From assembly GCA_043228905.1 (NCBI GenBank), contig JBHGNT010000007.1, forward strand, positions 16,120,001-16,184,000: a DNA stretch of 64,000 nucleotides. Direction: 5' to 3'. Source of the stretch: Azolla caroliniana. Lineage: Eukaryota; Plantae; Polypodiophyta. The position numbers and the translations under genes were made by a program. Of the stretch, positions 1-12,754 are shown one piece after another (position 1 is the first letter of the stretch; the number at the start of each line of letters is the position of its first letter). The notes beneath the pieces are model-generated. The model searched no databases. It was not told the origin of the DNA and was given only the letters and a program-made list of their open reading frames with translations.

Positions 1-589
1 AACTCTGCTCTAATAATGTCATGTGGTATTGTCAATTTGCTTCGGATTGCATCCACATGAAAGATGGTAGACCTGGAGCCCATACTACTGATGCATACAT
101 GAGGGAAGGGGTCACTTTTGAGTCAAAGAGCCATCCCTTAGTCTGTGGCTCTTGAAAGTATGCGTGGTGGCATTGTCTCTCTAAGAGTGAGAGGGATGCA
201 TACACTCTGGTTAGCCTATCTTTGGTTGCATGGGTCATTGAGAAATTACCTGAGCGAGCACTAAAAGTGACTCCCAAGTATAAATATGATCCAACTACCT
301 CAACTAGTTTATGAGAGAGGATTAGGTGACATTTACTCCCAAGTCGGGACGATGTATGAAAGAAAAGGACTTTAGTTTTTGCAAGATTCACTACCAGTCT
401 TCGTTGTGTACAAAAGTCATCTAGGGCATTAAGAGGCATTAAGATGCTTTTGCAGGTCGTGTTCCAACTCCGAGAGAAAGACAATGTCATCTGCGTAGAG
501 TAAGAGACTAACTTGCATATCCCCAATAGCTACTCCCTTGCCTCCCTTATGTGCAATAAAATCAGTGATCTCATCAATTTAGATCTGGT

Positions 590-1368
590 GTTTATGTAGG
601 TCCGTATTTAACGTTTAAATACGTATAGTACCTCATCATTTGTATAGTACGGTATTTAACATATTTATAAAAAAAACATGTATAATACGTATTTATAAAG
701 AAAATGCAAGTAAAACCCCAACAAAAAGCAAAAGAACAAAAAGATTTTAGTGAAAAAGAAGCCAAAGGAAGGAAGAAAGAAGAATAGAAGAGACGACGAT
801 GAAGAAGATGATGAAGAAAAAGGAGAGAAAACAAGACATAAACCTGTCCTGACTCTATGTGTGATAATCACAGAAGATAGAAGAAGAAAAAGAAAATGAA
901 GAAAAGAGAAACCTATCATGAGTTTGATAATCGTAGACAATTCCTCAATCTATGAAGGCATAATTGTAAATAATTACAATTTGAAGTAGAAATCGTGATA
1001 CACACTTACACTGATTTATAGAATAAGGGAATGTCGACATCCATATTACTACAAATATTTTAGGATGTTAAATGTTCAAATGTCTTATATGCATTTTAGG
1101 ATGTAGAACTATATTGTATATCACAAAATTGTGTAAACATAGATGTTTTTTACAATATTATAGATATTTTTTAGAAAGGTAAATAATTTTCAAATTCTAG
1201 AAGTATTTAACGCACTATACGTAAAATACATATTTTACGTATTTTATAAGTATTTAACATATTAAGAAAACATATTTAACGTATTTTTAAATTGGTAGGT
1301 ACTATATGCGTATTAATATGTTATATACGTATGGTATCCATATCGTACCTAACGTACCTAACAACCTT
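590..1368. mobile_element. AT-rich non-coding insertion in the LINE RT, probably a non-autonomous DNA element
   Basis: It separates adjacent RT motifs and has TACGTA-like subterminal motifs at both ends. The right end reads CAAGGTTGTTAGGTACG on the - strand; the left TIR is degenerate. Confidence 0.45.
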
Positions 1369-1632
1369 GGATAGGGGGCAACCTTGTTTTACACCAATGG
1401 TACTAGTGAAACAATCGGATAGGCCACTTGGGCATCTTACACACCCAGAGACTATTTAACGTATTTTTAAATTGGCAGGTACTATATGCGTATTAATACG
1501 TTATATACGTATGGTATCCATACCGTACCTAACGTACCTAACAACCTTGGATAGGGGGCAACCCTGTTTTACACCAATGGTGCTAGTGAAACAATCGGTT
1601 AGGCCACCTAGGCATCTTACACACCTAGAGAC
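1273..1632. repeat. 180-bp tandem duplication spanning the insertion/LINE junction
   Basis: 1273-1452 and 1453-1632 are near-identical. Confidence 0.9.
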
Positions 1633-1711
1633 TTGCTCATATAGGGCATAAATGGCCCAGATAATGTCATTTGGTATCTCCAAGCTCTTAACTACATCAA
1701 ACAACTTCTCG

Positions 1712-4700
1712 CTATGATCACAACAACATTCGAGGCTGTTTACACTGTGTAGAGAGAGTGTTGTACTTTGATCTCATTGTTGTATATCCATTGTATAGTC
1801 AAGCTCCGTTCTCTATGGTTTTCACCCGCTTTAGGGTTTCCACGTTAAATCTGTGTACATTGTTTTTTGTGCATCAGAGTTGTGTATTTCAGCATATTCC
1901 CCTTCTAGTGGATTGACAATTCCTTTCCCAACAAAGTGGTATCAGTGCTTGAGGTGCAAGCATGGAAAGAGGTGTGAGTGGCTTCCCAAAAATGATAGTT
2001 CTAAACTCTCACAACTATGTAGACTAGAAGATAAAGATGGAGGACCTTCTCATTGTCAAAGACCTATACGAACCGATCGACAGAGTAGAAATACCCACGG
2101 GGGTATTAGAGTCAGAATGGAAAATTCTTAACAGAAAGGCGGTGGCCACCATTCGACAATGCGTCGATGTAAGCGTCCTTCAACATGTGGCGAACGACAG
2201 AAATCCTCACGAGATGTGGCAGATGTTGTGAGGTCTATATGAGACGAAGAACGCCCTCAATAAAACCTCACTGATAAGAAAGATCTAACAACTGAAATAG
2301 AGAGAGGGTGAGAGCATTGTCGATCACATCAACACATTCATGGGGTATGTAAATCAACTTGCTACAACCAAGTTTCCCCTTGATGATGCTATTCAGGCCA
2401 TCCTTCTTATGTGCACACTGCTGGGTAACTGGGAGAACCTGGTGGTTACTCTCAGCACTTCCAGTCAAGAAAAAACTTGTCTTTACAAGCGGTGAAGACA
2501 AGCATCCTGAATGAGGAAGCGAGAAGGAAGGACAAGGGTTTCCTTGTCCAGTCAGAGTCAAATTTGACTCAACACATCGGCAATGGAAGGAATCGGCAAA
2601 GAAGTCCACCAAGGAGAGAAAAGTCTCAAGCCAGGTCGAAGTCCAAAGGAAAGCTCGTGTGCTTTTATTGTGGAAAGCTTGGGCATTTCCAAAAGGAATG
2701 CCGATACCTTAATAGGGCAAAGAGTGTCGGTAATAATGTCAAACCAAGGAAGATCCCTGATGAGAAGTACACTTCAGCCATTCCTACGAGCAATGGAGAA
2801 CTTGTGTTCATTTGTGAATAGACAAGTGCAAATCTTGCAAGCGAAGAATGCACTTGGGTGATCGACTTCGGTGCATCCTTCCACATACCTCCGTCGAGAG
2901 AGTATTTCTCGACTTACATAGCCGGTGATCATGGTTATGTAAAGATGGGTGACAGTTGGGAGTGCAAGTTAGCCGGAATCAGAAGTGCATGCCTGACGAC
3001 ATCGACTGACTTTGAAGGATGATCGACACGCCCCCAATATCAGATTGAATCTGATATCGACTAGAAGACTGGACGACGAAGGCTACAATGGTAGTTTTCG
3101 GAATTTGGCAAGTGGAAGTTCTGCCATGGAAATCTTATAGTGACCCGAGCACAGAAGGAAGGCACATTGTACATGATGCAAGCCTGACTGTGCAAGACGG
3201 AAGTGAATGTGGTAGCCGACTCGGTAGGACAAATATAGCATAAGAGGCTAGGCCACATGAGTGAGATGGGACTGCATCTGTTGGCCGACCAGAAGCTTCT
3301 ACTGGAAGTAAAAGGAGTGCACTTGGAGAAGCGTGTCGACTGCTTAGTTGGAAAGTAGAATAGAGCAACATTCCACACACGGCCACCAAGAAGAAGAGAA
3401 GTTGCACTCGAACTAGTACACACAGATGTGTGTTATGTAGATGCTCTGGCGCATCGAGGCGGACAGTACTTTGTGACTTTCATTGATGACTACAGTCGGA
3501 AGTTGTGGGCTTTCGTCCTAAAATCAAAAGATCAAGTACTGCCATTTTTCAAGGAGTTCCAGGCAACAACCAAATGGGAGTCAAGTCGGAAGTTGAAGGC
3601 TATCCGAACCGACAATGGTGGTGAATATAAAGGGTCGTTCGAGGAATATTGCAAGGCACAAGGTATTCGAATCGAATGCATAGTACCAAAGAACCCTGAG
3701 TTGAACGGGCTTGTAGAGAGAATGAACCGGACAATCATGGAGAGAGTAAGGAGCATGTTGTCGCATGCTAAATTGCCGAAAATATACGGAGTTGAGGCGA
3801 TGTACACAACTGTTTATTTGATCAACTGTTCCCCCTTAGTACCATTGAAAGGTGATGTCTCACAAAGGGTGTGGATAGGAAAGGATGTCTCCTACTGACA
3901 CCTGAGGGTGTTTGGATGCTTAGTGTATATGCATGTGCCTAAGGATCAGAGGTCAAACCTCAACAATAAGTCGAAACCATGCATATTCATGGAATACTCG
4001 GAGGACGAGTTCAGCTACAAGTTGTGGGACTTAGTCGACAGGAAGGTAGTGAGGAGTCGGGACGTAGTCTTCTTGGAAGACAACACGATTGAGGATTGGA
4101 AGCAACAGAAGTCGGAATTGAGTTCCCAGTCGACTCCCACTACCACCGACTTAAGGCCAAGTGAACCGACACAGTCGACTGCTTGGAAACAGCCAGTTGG
4201 CACAGCAGAATCCGAGTCATTCGACTTGGAACAACCGATCAACACTGAGGGTGTGAACACTGAGGGTGTTCAGATGCCTAGGGAACATGCATGTACATAG
4301 CTGAGGATCAGAGGTCAAAGCTCGACAGTAAGTCGAAACCATGCATATTCATGGGATACTCAAAAGATGAGTTTGGCTATAGGCTATGGGACCTAGTCGA
4401 CAAGAAGGTAGTGAGGAGTCGGGACATATTCTTCTTGGAAGACAAGACCATAGAGGACTGGAAGCAACAGAAGTCAGAATCGACTAACTAGTCAACCTCC
4501 ACTACTATCGACTTGAGGCCGAGTGAACCAACACAACCAACTGATTCGAGACACCTAGTTGACATAGCTGAATCCGAGTCGGTTGACTTGGAGAGACCGA
4601 CCGACCATGAGTCTGAGTCAACGGAGATGTTAAGATCGATCAAGGAATATGAGTTGAAGTCGTCCAACCTTGAGAAGCCGATCAACATACATGAACCTGA

Positions 4701-6978
4701 GCGAAGAGTAGAGTTTGCAGAGACATCCGAGCTGAAGCCGACAATAAGTGGAAGGAGATACCCATTTAGAGAAATGAGAGCACCGACAATATATGCCAAT
4801 CAATACATCCTCTTGACTGATGAAGGTGAGCCAGAGTGCTATGATGAAGCAATTGCTGACAAGCATAGAGAGAAATGGTTGAGCGCGATGCAAGATAAGA
4901 TGGATTCTTTGCACGAGAATTATACCTATGACCTAGTAGAGTTGCCGAAAGGTACGAGAGAACTCAAGAACAAATGGGTCTACAAGGTGAAGACTGGAGA
5001 AGTCGACAACGCGCCTAGGTATAAAGCCCGCATTGTGGTGAAGGGGTTCCAACAGAGAGATGGTGTTGACTTTGACGAAATATTCGCTCCAGTCATGAAG
5101 ATGACATCCATTAGAACTATTCTAATCATAGCTGCTGATATGGATCTGGAGATCAAATAGTTGAATGTCTAGAAAACGCTCATGCATGGGAGTTGGATGA
5201 AGAGATTTACATGCAACAACCCGAAGGTTTGAAACAAGCTCCTAGTGTGTCAAGTGAAGAAAAACTTGTATGGGTTGAAACAAGCTCCACGCCAATGGTA
5301 CAAGAAGTTCGAGTCTTTCATGGTGGAACATTGGTTCCAGAAAACACAGGTTGATCATTGTGTGTTCGTCAAAAGGTGCGACGAAGGTGACTTCTTGATT
5401 CTCTTGTTATATGTAGATGACATGTTGATAGTCGGTCAAGATACAGGGAAGATCGGAAGCTTGAAGAAAGCTCTAGGCAAATCATTTGCCATGAAAGATC
5501 TTGGACCAGCTAAATAGATCTTAGGGATGCATATAGTTCAAGATAGAACTAAGAAAGTGTTGTGGTTGTCACAAGAGAAATATGTGACTAAGATCCTACA
5601 AAGTTTCAACATGTCGGAAGCAAAGCCGGTTGCCTCTGTGTTACCGACTAACTACAAGTTAAATGCAAAGCAATGCCCGAGAGAGGAGAAAGAAAAGGCT
5701 AAGATGACGAGAGTACCATATGCCTAAGTTGTCTGCAGTCTAATGTATGTTTTGGTCTGAGTAATCTAGGACGAGAACACGGCGCAACGGTGAAATGGAT
5801 ACTGAGGCACTTAAAAGGCACCTCTGGTATGTGTCTTAAGGATGGTGTCGGAAAACCCATGCTCGAAGGGTTTACCGACTCGGACATGTCGGGGGATGTA
5901 GACTCAAGCCGATCCACTTCAAGGTATGTGATGACCTCTGTAGGGGCAATAGTGTCATGGTAGTCACGACTGCAGAAATCTCAGGGCTTGTCGATCACAT
6001 AGGCAGAGTACATGGCAGCTGTAGAGGACGCTAAGGAGCTGAATTGGGGATGAAGCAAAAGGATTTCTTGCTTCACTGTGAAAGCCAGAGTGTCATACAT
6101 CTAGCCAAGAATGCTACATACCACTCTCGAACCAAGCATACACAGAAAAGGTATCACTGGCTATGGGAGAAAGTCGAAGAAGGAGAGTTTACCCTCGTGA
6201 AGATCCATACTAACAACAATGGATCCGACATGCTGACAAAGAAGCTACCGATGGACCACTTAGAGTATGTCAATAGAGGACAGGAATAACGGACTCCTCC
6301 CCATTGGAGTGAAGGGGGAGTTTGTTAGGAAGATGTTCCTCCAGTGGTAGGAGCCAACTGCTCAAAGAGAACCGACATTCGAAGATAGGGAGCAGGCGAC
6401 TGAACGGATGAGAACCGGCAGTTGAGGAATCGACCTAGAGAGAGTTGATCGAGGTTGAAGACACGACCATCTAGTCGGGCCGACTAGATGGTCGATGACC
6501 AGGCTGACTAGTCGGACCGACCTGACAGTCGACTAATTAGTAAGACCACTATTATTATTATTGGATAATATTAATGGCCATGATTGTAAATAACCCATTC
6601 TGTGTATTAGTATAAATACACCTAGGGCAAACAGAACATGGATATATATAGATAGGCGTGTGTTTGAGAGCCTCAGGTGTACAGCATGAGAGACAAGGGA
6701 AAAGAGGGTAAGGGAGTGTGAGTGAGTTAGCGGTGTCATAGTGTGATAAGAACAACATATGCCAAGAGTCCTTCGAGGTTGTGTACACTTTGTGTAGAGA
6801 GATGGTTGTACTCTGATCTCGTTGTTATATATCCATTGTATAGTGAAGCTTTGTTCTCCGTGGTTTTCACCCGCTTTAGGGTCTCCACGTTAAATCTTTG
6901 TACATTGTTTTCTGAGCATCAAAGTTGTGTATTTCATCAAACTCCTCTTCGAGTGGATTGATCATTCCTTTCCCAACA
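1712..6978 (+). mobile_element. Ty1/copia LTR retrotransposon, family A, decayed; 5' LTR truncated
   Basis: Partial 5' LTR ends ...CCCAACA at 1933. PBS-Met TGGTATCAGTGC at 1937-1948. Gag zinc knuckle CFYCGKLGHFQKEC; integrase FIDD/RTDNGGEY/ERMNRT; RT LYGLKQAPRQW and YVDD; RNase H. PPT GAAGGGGGAG at 6311-6320; 3' LTR 6323-6978 (TG..CA). Many stops. Confidence 0.93.
3902..4600 (+). repeat. Diverged ~350-bp internal tandem duplication of the integrase C-terminal region in copia A
   Basis: ORFs 3908-4300 and 4291-4491 both encode DQRS.L..KSKPCIFM.YS.DEF.Y.LWDLVD.KVVRSRD. The junction carries a repeated AACACTGAGGGTGT. Confidence 0.85.
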
Positions 6979-9187
6979 TCAAGCTCGGCTGGGCTGCAAT
7001 AGAAAGACCCAGGTTCGTCGTGAACTGTCGTAGCTTGTCGGCTCCCAAGGCTTTCGTGAAGATGTCGGTCGTTTGTAGATTCGTACTGATGTGGTGCAAA
7101 TCGACATCTCTAGCCAGCCAATACACATTATCAGATGAAATGATAGTGCACCTTGATGTGCTTGGTTCGAGCATAAAATGTAGGTTTTCGAGCTAGATGA
7201 ATACTGCTCATGTTGTCGTAGTAGAGGATAATTGAATCCGTGATAGGAACGCCCAGATCCTTCAATATTTGTTTCAGCTAAACAACTTCACATGTGGAAA
7301 TTGCCACGCCGCTGTATTCGGCCTCTGTGCTCGACAATGCGATTGTCGGCTGCTTCTTACTACTCCACGATATGGCTCCACTACCAAGGGAGAAGACGAA
7401 TCCCAATGTTGACCATCTGTCGGCATCAGTGTACCCTTTGAGTGAAATTGGTGTGGCTGATTTGTAGTGAATGTCGTAATCCATTGTCCCAGTTACAAAG
7501 CATAACACTCACTTAGCACAGTCTAAGTGAATGTTTCGTGGTTTCAACATACACTGGATAAGATGGCCAACCATGTAGCTGAGGTCGGGTCGAGTAATGG
7601 TGAGGTAGATTAGGCTTCTGACTAGCTATCGATAGAGAGTTGACTCAACACTCTTTTGTGCCAAACTCAGCATCTACCTTTAGGTTTCGATCAAGAGGGG
7701 TGGTGACGGGTTTACACTTTGTCATCCTGAACGGAAGATTGAGGATATAGTATCATTGGGAGATCAGGATGCGCTCACAAGTTCGAATGACTTCTATGCC
7801 AAGAAAGTAATGGAGCTCCTTCATGTCTTTCATTTCGAATTGGCCGGAGAGAAGATTTCTGATGTTCTCAATATTTGCTAGGTGCTCTCCTCCAATAACC
7901 AGGTCATCCACATATATTTTGATAAATACTTGTCCTTTGGAGTCACTCCGAATGTATAGGGAATTGTCGGACCTTGACATTTCGAAGCCAATTTGGTGAA
8001 GACATTGGGTTATCTTCGAATGCCAGGCTCTAGGTGCTTTGCTTGATGCTGTAGAGAGGCTATTTGAGTCGGCATACTGCTTGTGGGTGTGAGCTCGACT
8101 TGAAACCAGGTGGTTGTACCATGTACACCTTCTCATCTAATTCACCTTGGAGAAATGTTTCCTTGATGTCCATTTGGTGGAGGTGCCAGCTTTTGGCTGT
8201 TGTGAGCACAATCAATGTTCGAACGATAATCATATTTGCTACTGGGGCGAAGAACTCTTCATAATCTACACCATGTGTTTCTGCGTGGCCCTTTTCCACA
8301 AGCCGGACCTTATACTGATTGACGGTGCCATTTGCATTGTGCTTCACCTAAAATATCCACCAACAGCCGATTGTCTTTTGGTGGGGTGAAGAGGGGACAA
8401 GATCCCATGTCTCGTTCTTGGAGAGTGCTTGCCTCACCTCGTTAATCTCTTCGACCCACCTCGGCTTCGGAATTTTTTTTCGGCTCTTGGACTATCTTCA
8501 CCTTCATCATGAATGCATAATGATATGCCACGTAATCAATGTAGCCGAATCGGCTGACCACATTTTTCTCTTGGGTGGACCGATGGAGTTGTTCACTTTT
8601 CTTTGTGAACACTTTCTTGGCCCCTGGTGTTCTCATGATAAGCACATCAAACCACCATAGTCATTGTGAAGTGAGTGAGCCAATTCATTTCCATTTGAGT
8701 CTTCGAACTCAGCCTTTTTGGCCTTCCCTTTGTCCGACTTTGGACTTGACCGTGACGTGCTTTGGTCGCTTGGAGGCTCTTGTGCTCCAATCAATCTGGT
8801 TGAGATTGGACTTTCTTCTAGTGTGAGCCTCAGTCGATCCCCTCCTCTGAGTCTATGTTGAGAGTGGTTTTGATTGGTTCGGATGGAGCTGAGTAAATTA
8901 TGTACCAAAATGCCGATTTGTCGAATACGACATCCCTACTTACTCATACCTTCCTAGTAGAGGGGTTGAAGCATTTATACCCCTTTTGTTCAGGCGAGTA
9001 CCCCTGGAGGATACATTTCTCTGACTTAGGATCAACTTTCTGCCACTCCTCATCGGGAATATGTACGTACGTGATTGAGCCAAATATCCTAACGTGGGAT
9101 AGATCCAACTTCTTTCCATAGAACCTCTCATGGGGGCTAATATCGTGCACTCTGGATATTCAACAACGATTCATTAAATAGATGACC
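6979..9187 (-). mobile_element. Ty1/copia fragment, family B (integrase C-terminus, RT, RNase H)
   Basis: Motifs DPKSEKCI, WHLHQMDIK, YVDDLVI, SWSSKKQPTIALSSTEAEY and ISTNLQTTDIFTKAL; colinear with the element at 55219-60647. Confidence 0.9.
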
Positions 9188-9441
9188 AATGAGAGCGAGT
9201 TTTCAAGCAACTCATGTATATCCGAAACGACCAAGAGACGAGGGGTTCTTCACATAGTCCGTTATTTGCTAGAAATAACGAAGATATTTAGTGAGGAGGA
9301 TCGTAGGGATATTATATGTAGAGTGTTACACCATCAACGTTTCGATGAAGACATGATTATAATTAAATTTAGGATCCAATGTATTTCAAAAGATATTGTA
9401 GAATCTATGAAGTCATCCCTAGACTTAGTGAAAGGTGTAGA

Positions 9442-9736
9442 GTGTTGGGAATATATCCCTCCAGTGGGAGGAGTCGATTGTTGAACATAGCCGACAGTCA
9501 AGGACAGGGAGCAGCCGACTAGTCGGATACGAGCCAACAATCGAAGAGTTCACTTTGAGAGAGTCAACATAGAGTGTTGACTAGGAGAGAGAATCGACAA
9601 GAGGTGATCAAGGTCGAAGACACGACCGGCTAGTTGGGCCAATCGGATGGTCGATGACCAAGCCAACTAGTTACACTGACCCAATAGTTGACAGATGAGT
9701 CGGTTGATTAGTAAGACTATTATTATTATTAGATAA
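9442..9736 (+). mobile_element. Partial LTR of copia family A
   Basis: Similar to 6323-6570 and preceded by purine-rich GTGAAAGGTGTAGAG. Confidence 0.75.
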
Positions 9737-10340
9737 TGTTGAGAATCAAGCTCAACCTAGTGCAATGTGTGAACACACCATTTGAGAATCTCTGATCACT
9801 CAAAGGTCAAGAGTCACACCACTACTCTCTACACATTAACTATGTGTCATAGAATCATATTCTATGACACATAAATGATGAGTTCCATATTTCCCATGAC
9901 TATGAGTCTTCACATTCCCTAAGAGAGAGTAGTTGTTGTAGTGAGTTAATTAAGAGAGAGGGTGACCTTATATAAAGCACCCTCCTCCTACTTCATATGG
10001 TGTCGGTTGTGACTCCTTGTAATGCTACATTTTATAATTTGTATTCTCCTTGTTAATATACACCTTCTTCTTGAGTACTTCATTTTTCTTTCATATATTC
10101 ATTTTGTTTTTCCACTTCTCTCATCTCTTTCCTCTCACACATACACATAATACAAATCTCTTCGGATGCACAAGAATCAAATTTGATACTTTACATGGTA
10201 TCAGAGCGGTTTGGTAGCTCAATCTAACCCATCCACATGTGTTGTGTTCTACGCCAACGCTCAAGAAGAACCGGCTCATCGTTATCTTAGTGCCACTACA
10301 TGGCTCGTGTTCGAGAGAAAAAGAAAAGAAGAAGTAGATC
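9737..10340 (+). mobile_element. Copia family B 5' LTR (9737-10195) with PBS-Met and leader, inserted in the family A LTR
   Basis: TGTTGAGAATCAAGCTCAAC matches the reverse complement of the LTR at 60299-60647. TGGTATCAGAGC at 10196-10207. The leader matches 60150-60286. Confidence 0.85.
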
Positions 10341-10754
10341 AATTTGTATCAATTTGTGGCTTATGTCACAATTGTGCAAATTACAACCACCATATTTGGA
10401 TGTATATGTGCATACCTCACACCATCCATTTATTTGTGACATATTTTTTTAAGTAGGTAACACATGGGTTTTTTGACCCTTGTTTTCGTCATTGCTTGAT
10501 TCTTATGGGTAGTGCCTTATTTTATCGTTTTTGTCATAACATTTGCTTGTTACTCGCAAGACTAGAATATTACTTGCGAGTGATAGGTGTTTTTTCACGT
10601 AATACACTTTCTCAACCATAGCAATGCATGTTGGGTTGGCATTCTAATATAAGGCTAACTAGGAAACTACGTTGATGTTAGAACCATGGTTGAGCCTTGG
10701 GGAGCCGCCATGATTATTCAAGATAGAGATCCGAGAAGGACATCTTAGCTATGT

Positions 10755-11796
10755 TTTCATCGTGATACATTAGATAGTACACGCAATTTTTTGCAAGACA
10801 TGAACCAAATGTTGTATATTGCCAAAGAGAATGTCAAGACGGCTCAAGATCGTGCTCGATTTTATGCTGATTAGGATAGACGACCTCGTGCATTTACTAT
10901 TGGCCAAAAAGTTTTTTTGCGTGTCCCTACTGACTCTACGTCATTGTCTACGGGTAAGTGCGCGAAATTAACCCCACGATATTGTGGGCCATTTCAAATC
11001 CTTAAGCGGCTTGAGTCATCTGCTTATCACCTTGCCTTACCCCGTAACGTTGGTATTCATCCTGTTTTTCACGTTAGTCATCTAAAACCATTTTTAGGCG
11101 CTGGTGATAACACCATCACAATCCAAGATCTTGTAACATTAGAGGATTTTTCTTACAAACCTCATGTTCCTGAACGAATTCTTGATTCTCGTACTAAACG
11201 TTTATCTTCTAAAGAGATTCGGCTATTCAAGATGAAATGGATTGATAAACCTATTGATGATGCCACATGGGAATGCAAGCATACTGTTAAGGCACAATTT
11301 CCTTACTTTATATTGCAAGAGTGCAATCTTTTGAAGTAGGGGAGTATGTTATGTACACATAACGTTGGTGAGGCTAGGTCACCAATATTTTCACTAATGT
11401 TAAAAAGGGAACTAATGATTGGATAGAAGGAATGATAGGTCCATGCACTATCATGATTTGGACAACCAATGAATGGAGAGCCTTTTACAAAGGCACATCT
11501 ATTCAAGGGGCCTAGGAAAAGGTATTTGAGGCTTAGCTACCCTCATAATCACATTACATCGGAACGTTGCTATCTTAGACACCGGTGGTGCGGGCTAGGC
11601 TTTCGTCTCGACAATTGTGTTGATCTCTTCCAAGGTATTAGTCATCCTAATATCTGGCAGTATGGGACGTCGGTGGTAGGTTGGCTATGTCTAGATCATA
11701 GCTCGGGGGTGCTCGGGTGGAACGAGTTCTTCTATCCATTCTATTTTCCTTCTTTTACTTTAGTTTGGTTTATTGATTAGTAATAGAATCTTAACA
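10755..11796 (+). mobile_element. Ty3/gypsy chromovirus 3' end: integrase GPY/F region, chromodomain, PPT and 3' LTR 11347-11796
   Basis: KLTPRYCGPFQI, IHPVFHVSHLK, PERILDSR..KW....ATWE. PPT GAAGTAGGGGAG. LTR TG..CA, homologous to 51878-52353. Confidence 0.88.
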
Positions 11797-12754
11797 AGTA
11801 GGGCGTTGATTTGGGTTGACCATTACTAAGTATGGCACTGCAGTCGCATGTGGATTAATCTTCATTTCTCTTTTTAAGTTTTGCACGTACATTGAATGTG
11901 GCTCTCAAATTTCTAGAGCCCATCTTCCTATCTCTGGATCGATTGGTGGCAGTTGAATAGAGCAGATCAGGAAGTGAAATAATTGTCCTTCACGAACAAG
12001 CTTCATCTTTACAATATTTTCTCTGATCTGGTTCTGCTCTGAGGTGAGTATCCCTGATGAAATGTGGGCCCCTAGAGGAATAACTTTGAGCTTGGCTTCC
12101 TCCTCCTCATCTTCTACGAACTCGAGGACCTCCGACTCGTTCTCTTCTGGTTGATGCCTTTTCTTGTACTTCTTATGTTCTGGTTTGGACTTCTGGGTAG
12201 ACTTTGGTGGGGTTGTTGCTTGTGTGACCATCAGCTCTCCCTTAATGTACAGGGGCAAAGAAACAATTAAGTTATTTTTTGTTTGAACATCCTTTTTTAG
12301 GGCTTTAGGGTGGCAAGAGTCAGTAATGAAATTACGTTCATCGATCATGACTCTACGAACGCCCACCAACCTATCAACATTGAAGAAGAGGTTCGATGAG
12401 TCGTTGTCTTCATATTCGATGTTTCATACGTAGTCGTATGTGAATGTCTTTCCGACTTGCAACTTGCCTTCACCTTCAGACTTTGCAAGAATAAGAAGCA
12501 GGTCCCCTTCTTCCTCGGTGTAGATCAGTGTCCACTCCACATGGTGGTAGCTCTTCAGGCGAGGCTCCCCACTCTATTCGCCTAAAGTCTTCGGCATCTT
12601 ACCAACAAAAGACTTTGAAGTTTCGTCACCTCTTGACTCGATAAGTGTTTTGTGAGAATCAACTTTCATCATGGTGTCAGAAGATCTTTTTGTTGGTGAT
12701 AGAATTTTCAGTTTGAAAGACGGCACCTTCTATCGTGGCTCACTGAAAACAACA

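Larger units (their letters stand above)
1..1710 (-). mobile_element. Degenerate LINE reverse transcriptase fragment, split by an insertion at about 590-1368
   Basis: Minus-strand translation gives GVKQGCPLS (~1369-1395 and 1549-1575), then IDEITDFIAHKGGKGVAIGDMQVSLLLYADDIV (~480-578), then LVVNLAKTKV...YLYLGVTF. These are LINE RT motifs. Confidence 0.85.

Noticed and set aside
11905-12720. 154-aa minus-strand ORF and upstream coding-like DNA
   Set aside because: Interrupted by stops, no recognisable domain and flanked by TEs; probably a TE accessory remnant.
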